Shown one piece after another: positions 32,055 through 32,427 of a DNA stretch of 32,427 nucleotides. A model generated the notes under the pieces. That model was not told the DNA's origin. It worked only from the letters and a program-made list of their open reading frames with translations, and ran no database searches. Position 1 is the first letter of the stretch; each line of letters starts with the position of its first letter. Source of the stretch: a virus (lineage: Duplodnaviria > Caudoviricetes); IMG/VR virus record IMGVR_UViG_3300044676_000154, positions 1 to 32,427 of that record, one strand, 5' to 3'. Position numbers and translations under genes: made by a program.

Positions 32055-32427
32055 GGATTTGTCCTTGCTATCGGACTCCACCCTAGCTTGGCCTAGCATC
32101 CTCGCAGCACATAGCCTAGCGGTACTGTCTATGGCTTGGGCTTCCCTTGCATATGGCAGGACTGCAAACCTTATCCTTTATAGTGCTATCCATTAGGCTA
32201 GTACACTGCAAGCTTTAGGTGCTTCGTAACCTTCTATTCTCTTAGTCTTACATATTCTGTTTAGGCTGTCTAGTCATAATCGTATTCGTTAGGCGTATTG
32301 TTTTATTCATCTTTCAAAACTGTACCCTCGCCCATTGGCTCAATCGGTCTTTGTTTCTGCTAGTACCTTGTAGCTACCCCTAGGGCTTGTCGCTGGTGTT
32401 TCGCTTTGTTCGTTTTGATGTTTAGAT

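Larger units (their letters stand above)
1..32427 (-). mobile_element. T7-like (Autographiviridae) bacteriophage genome segment
   Basis: T7-supergroup gene order on one strand: RNAP, SSB, endo I, primase-helicase, DNA pol, exonuclease, portal, scaffold, capsid, tail tubes, internal virion proteins, tail fibre. No host genes or integrase seen. Confidence 0.97.

Noticed and set aside
2327-32196. All other plus-strand ORFs in the track
   Set aside because: They lie opposite well-supported minus-strand genes, have no recognisable motifs, and are expected from codon bias.

Overview
The whole window is a near-complete T7-like podophage genome (Autographiviridae) with every credible gene on the minus strand. 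From right to left it holds four blocks. (1) An early region with small acidic, membrane and Zn-finger ORFs, a GP88/radical-SAM-like gene, a tRNA-Trp(CCA) and a C5-DNA-methyltransferase-like gene. (2) A single-subunit-type RNA polymerase encoded as two ORFs. (3) Replication and nucleotide genes: SSB, endonuclease I, primase-helicase, family A DNA polymerase, endonuclease VII-like protein, exonuclease, gp1.7-like kinase, MazG and class II RNR. (4) Virion genes: portal, scaffold, capsid, tail tubes A/B, internal virion proteins and a tail fibre that runs off the left edge. Terminase and lysis genes are not in the window, and no integrase is visible. The B12-dependent RNR suggests a marine, possibly alphaproteobacterial host (inference). 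The most notable signals are an apparently naturally split RNAP with an ATGA overlap and an internal SD; a 13-nt putative phage promoter found twice in sense and once in antisense over the RNAP start codon; a tRNA-Trp with a swapped A8/U14 pair inside a 15-nt direct-repeat cassette; a 20-bp long-range inverted repeat in the early leader; and a multi-hairpin capsid leader. All assignments come from motif recognition by eye, with no database searches.
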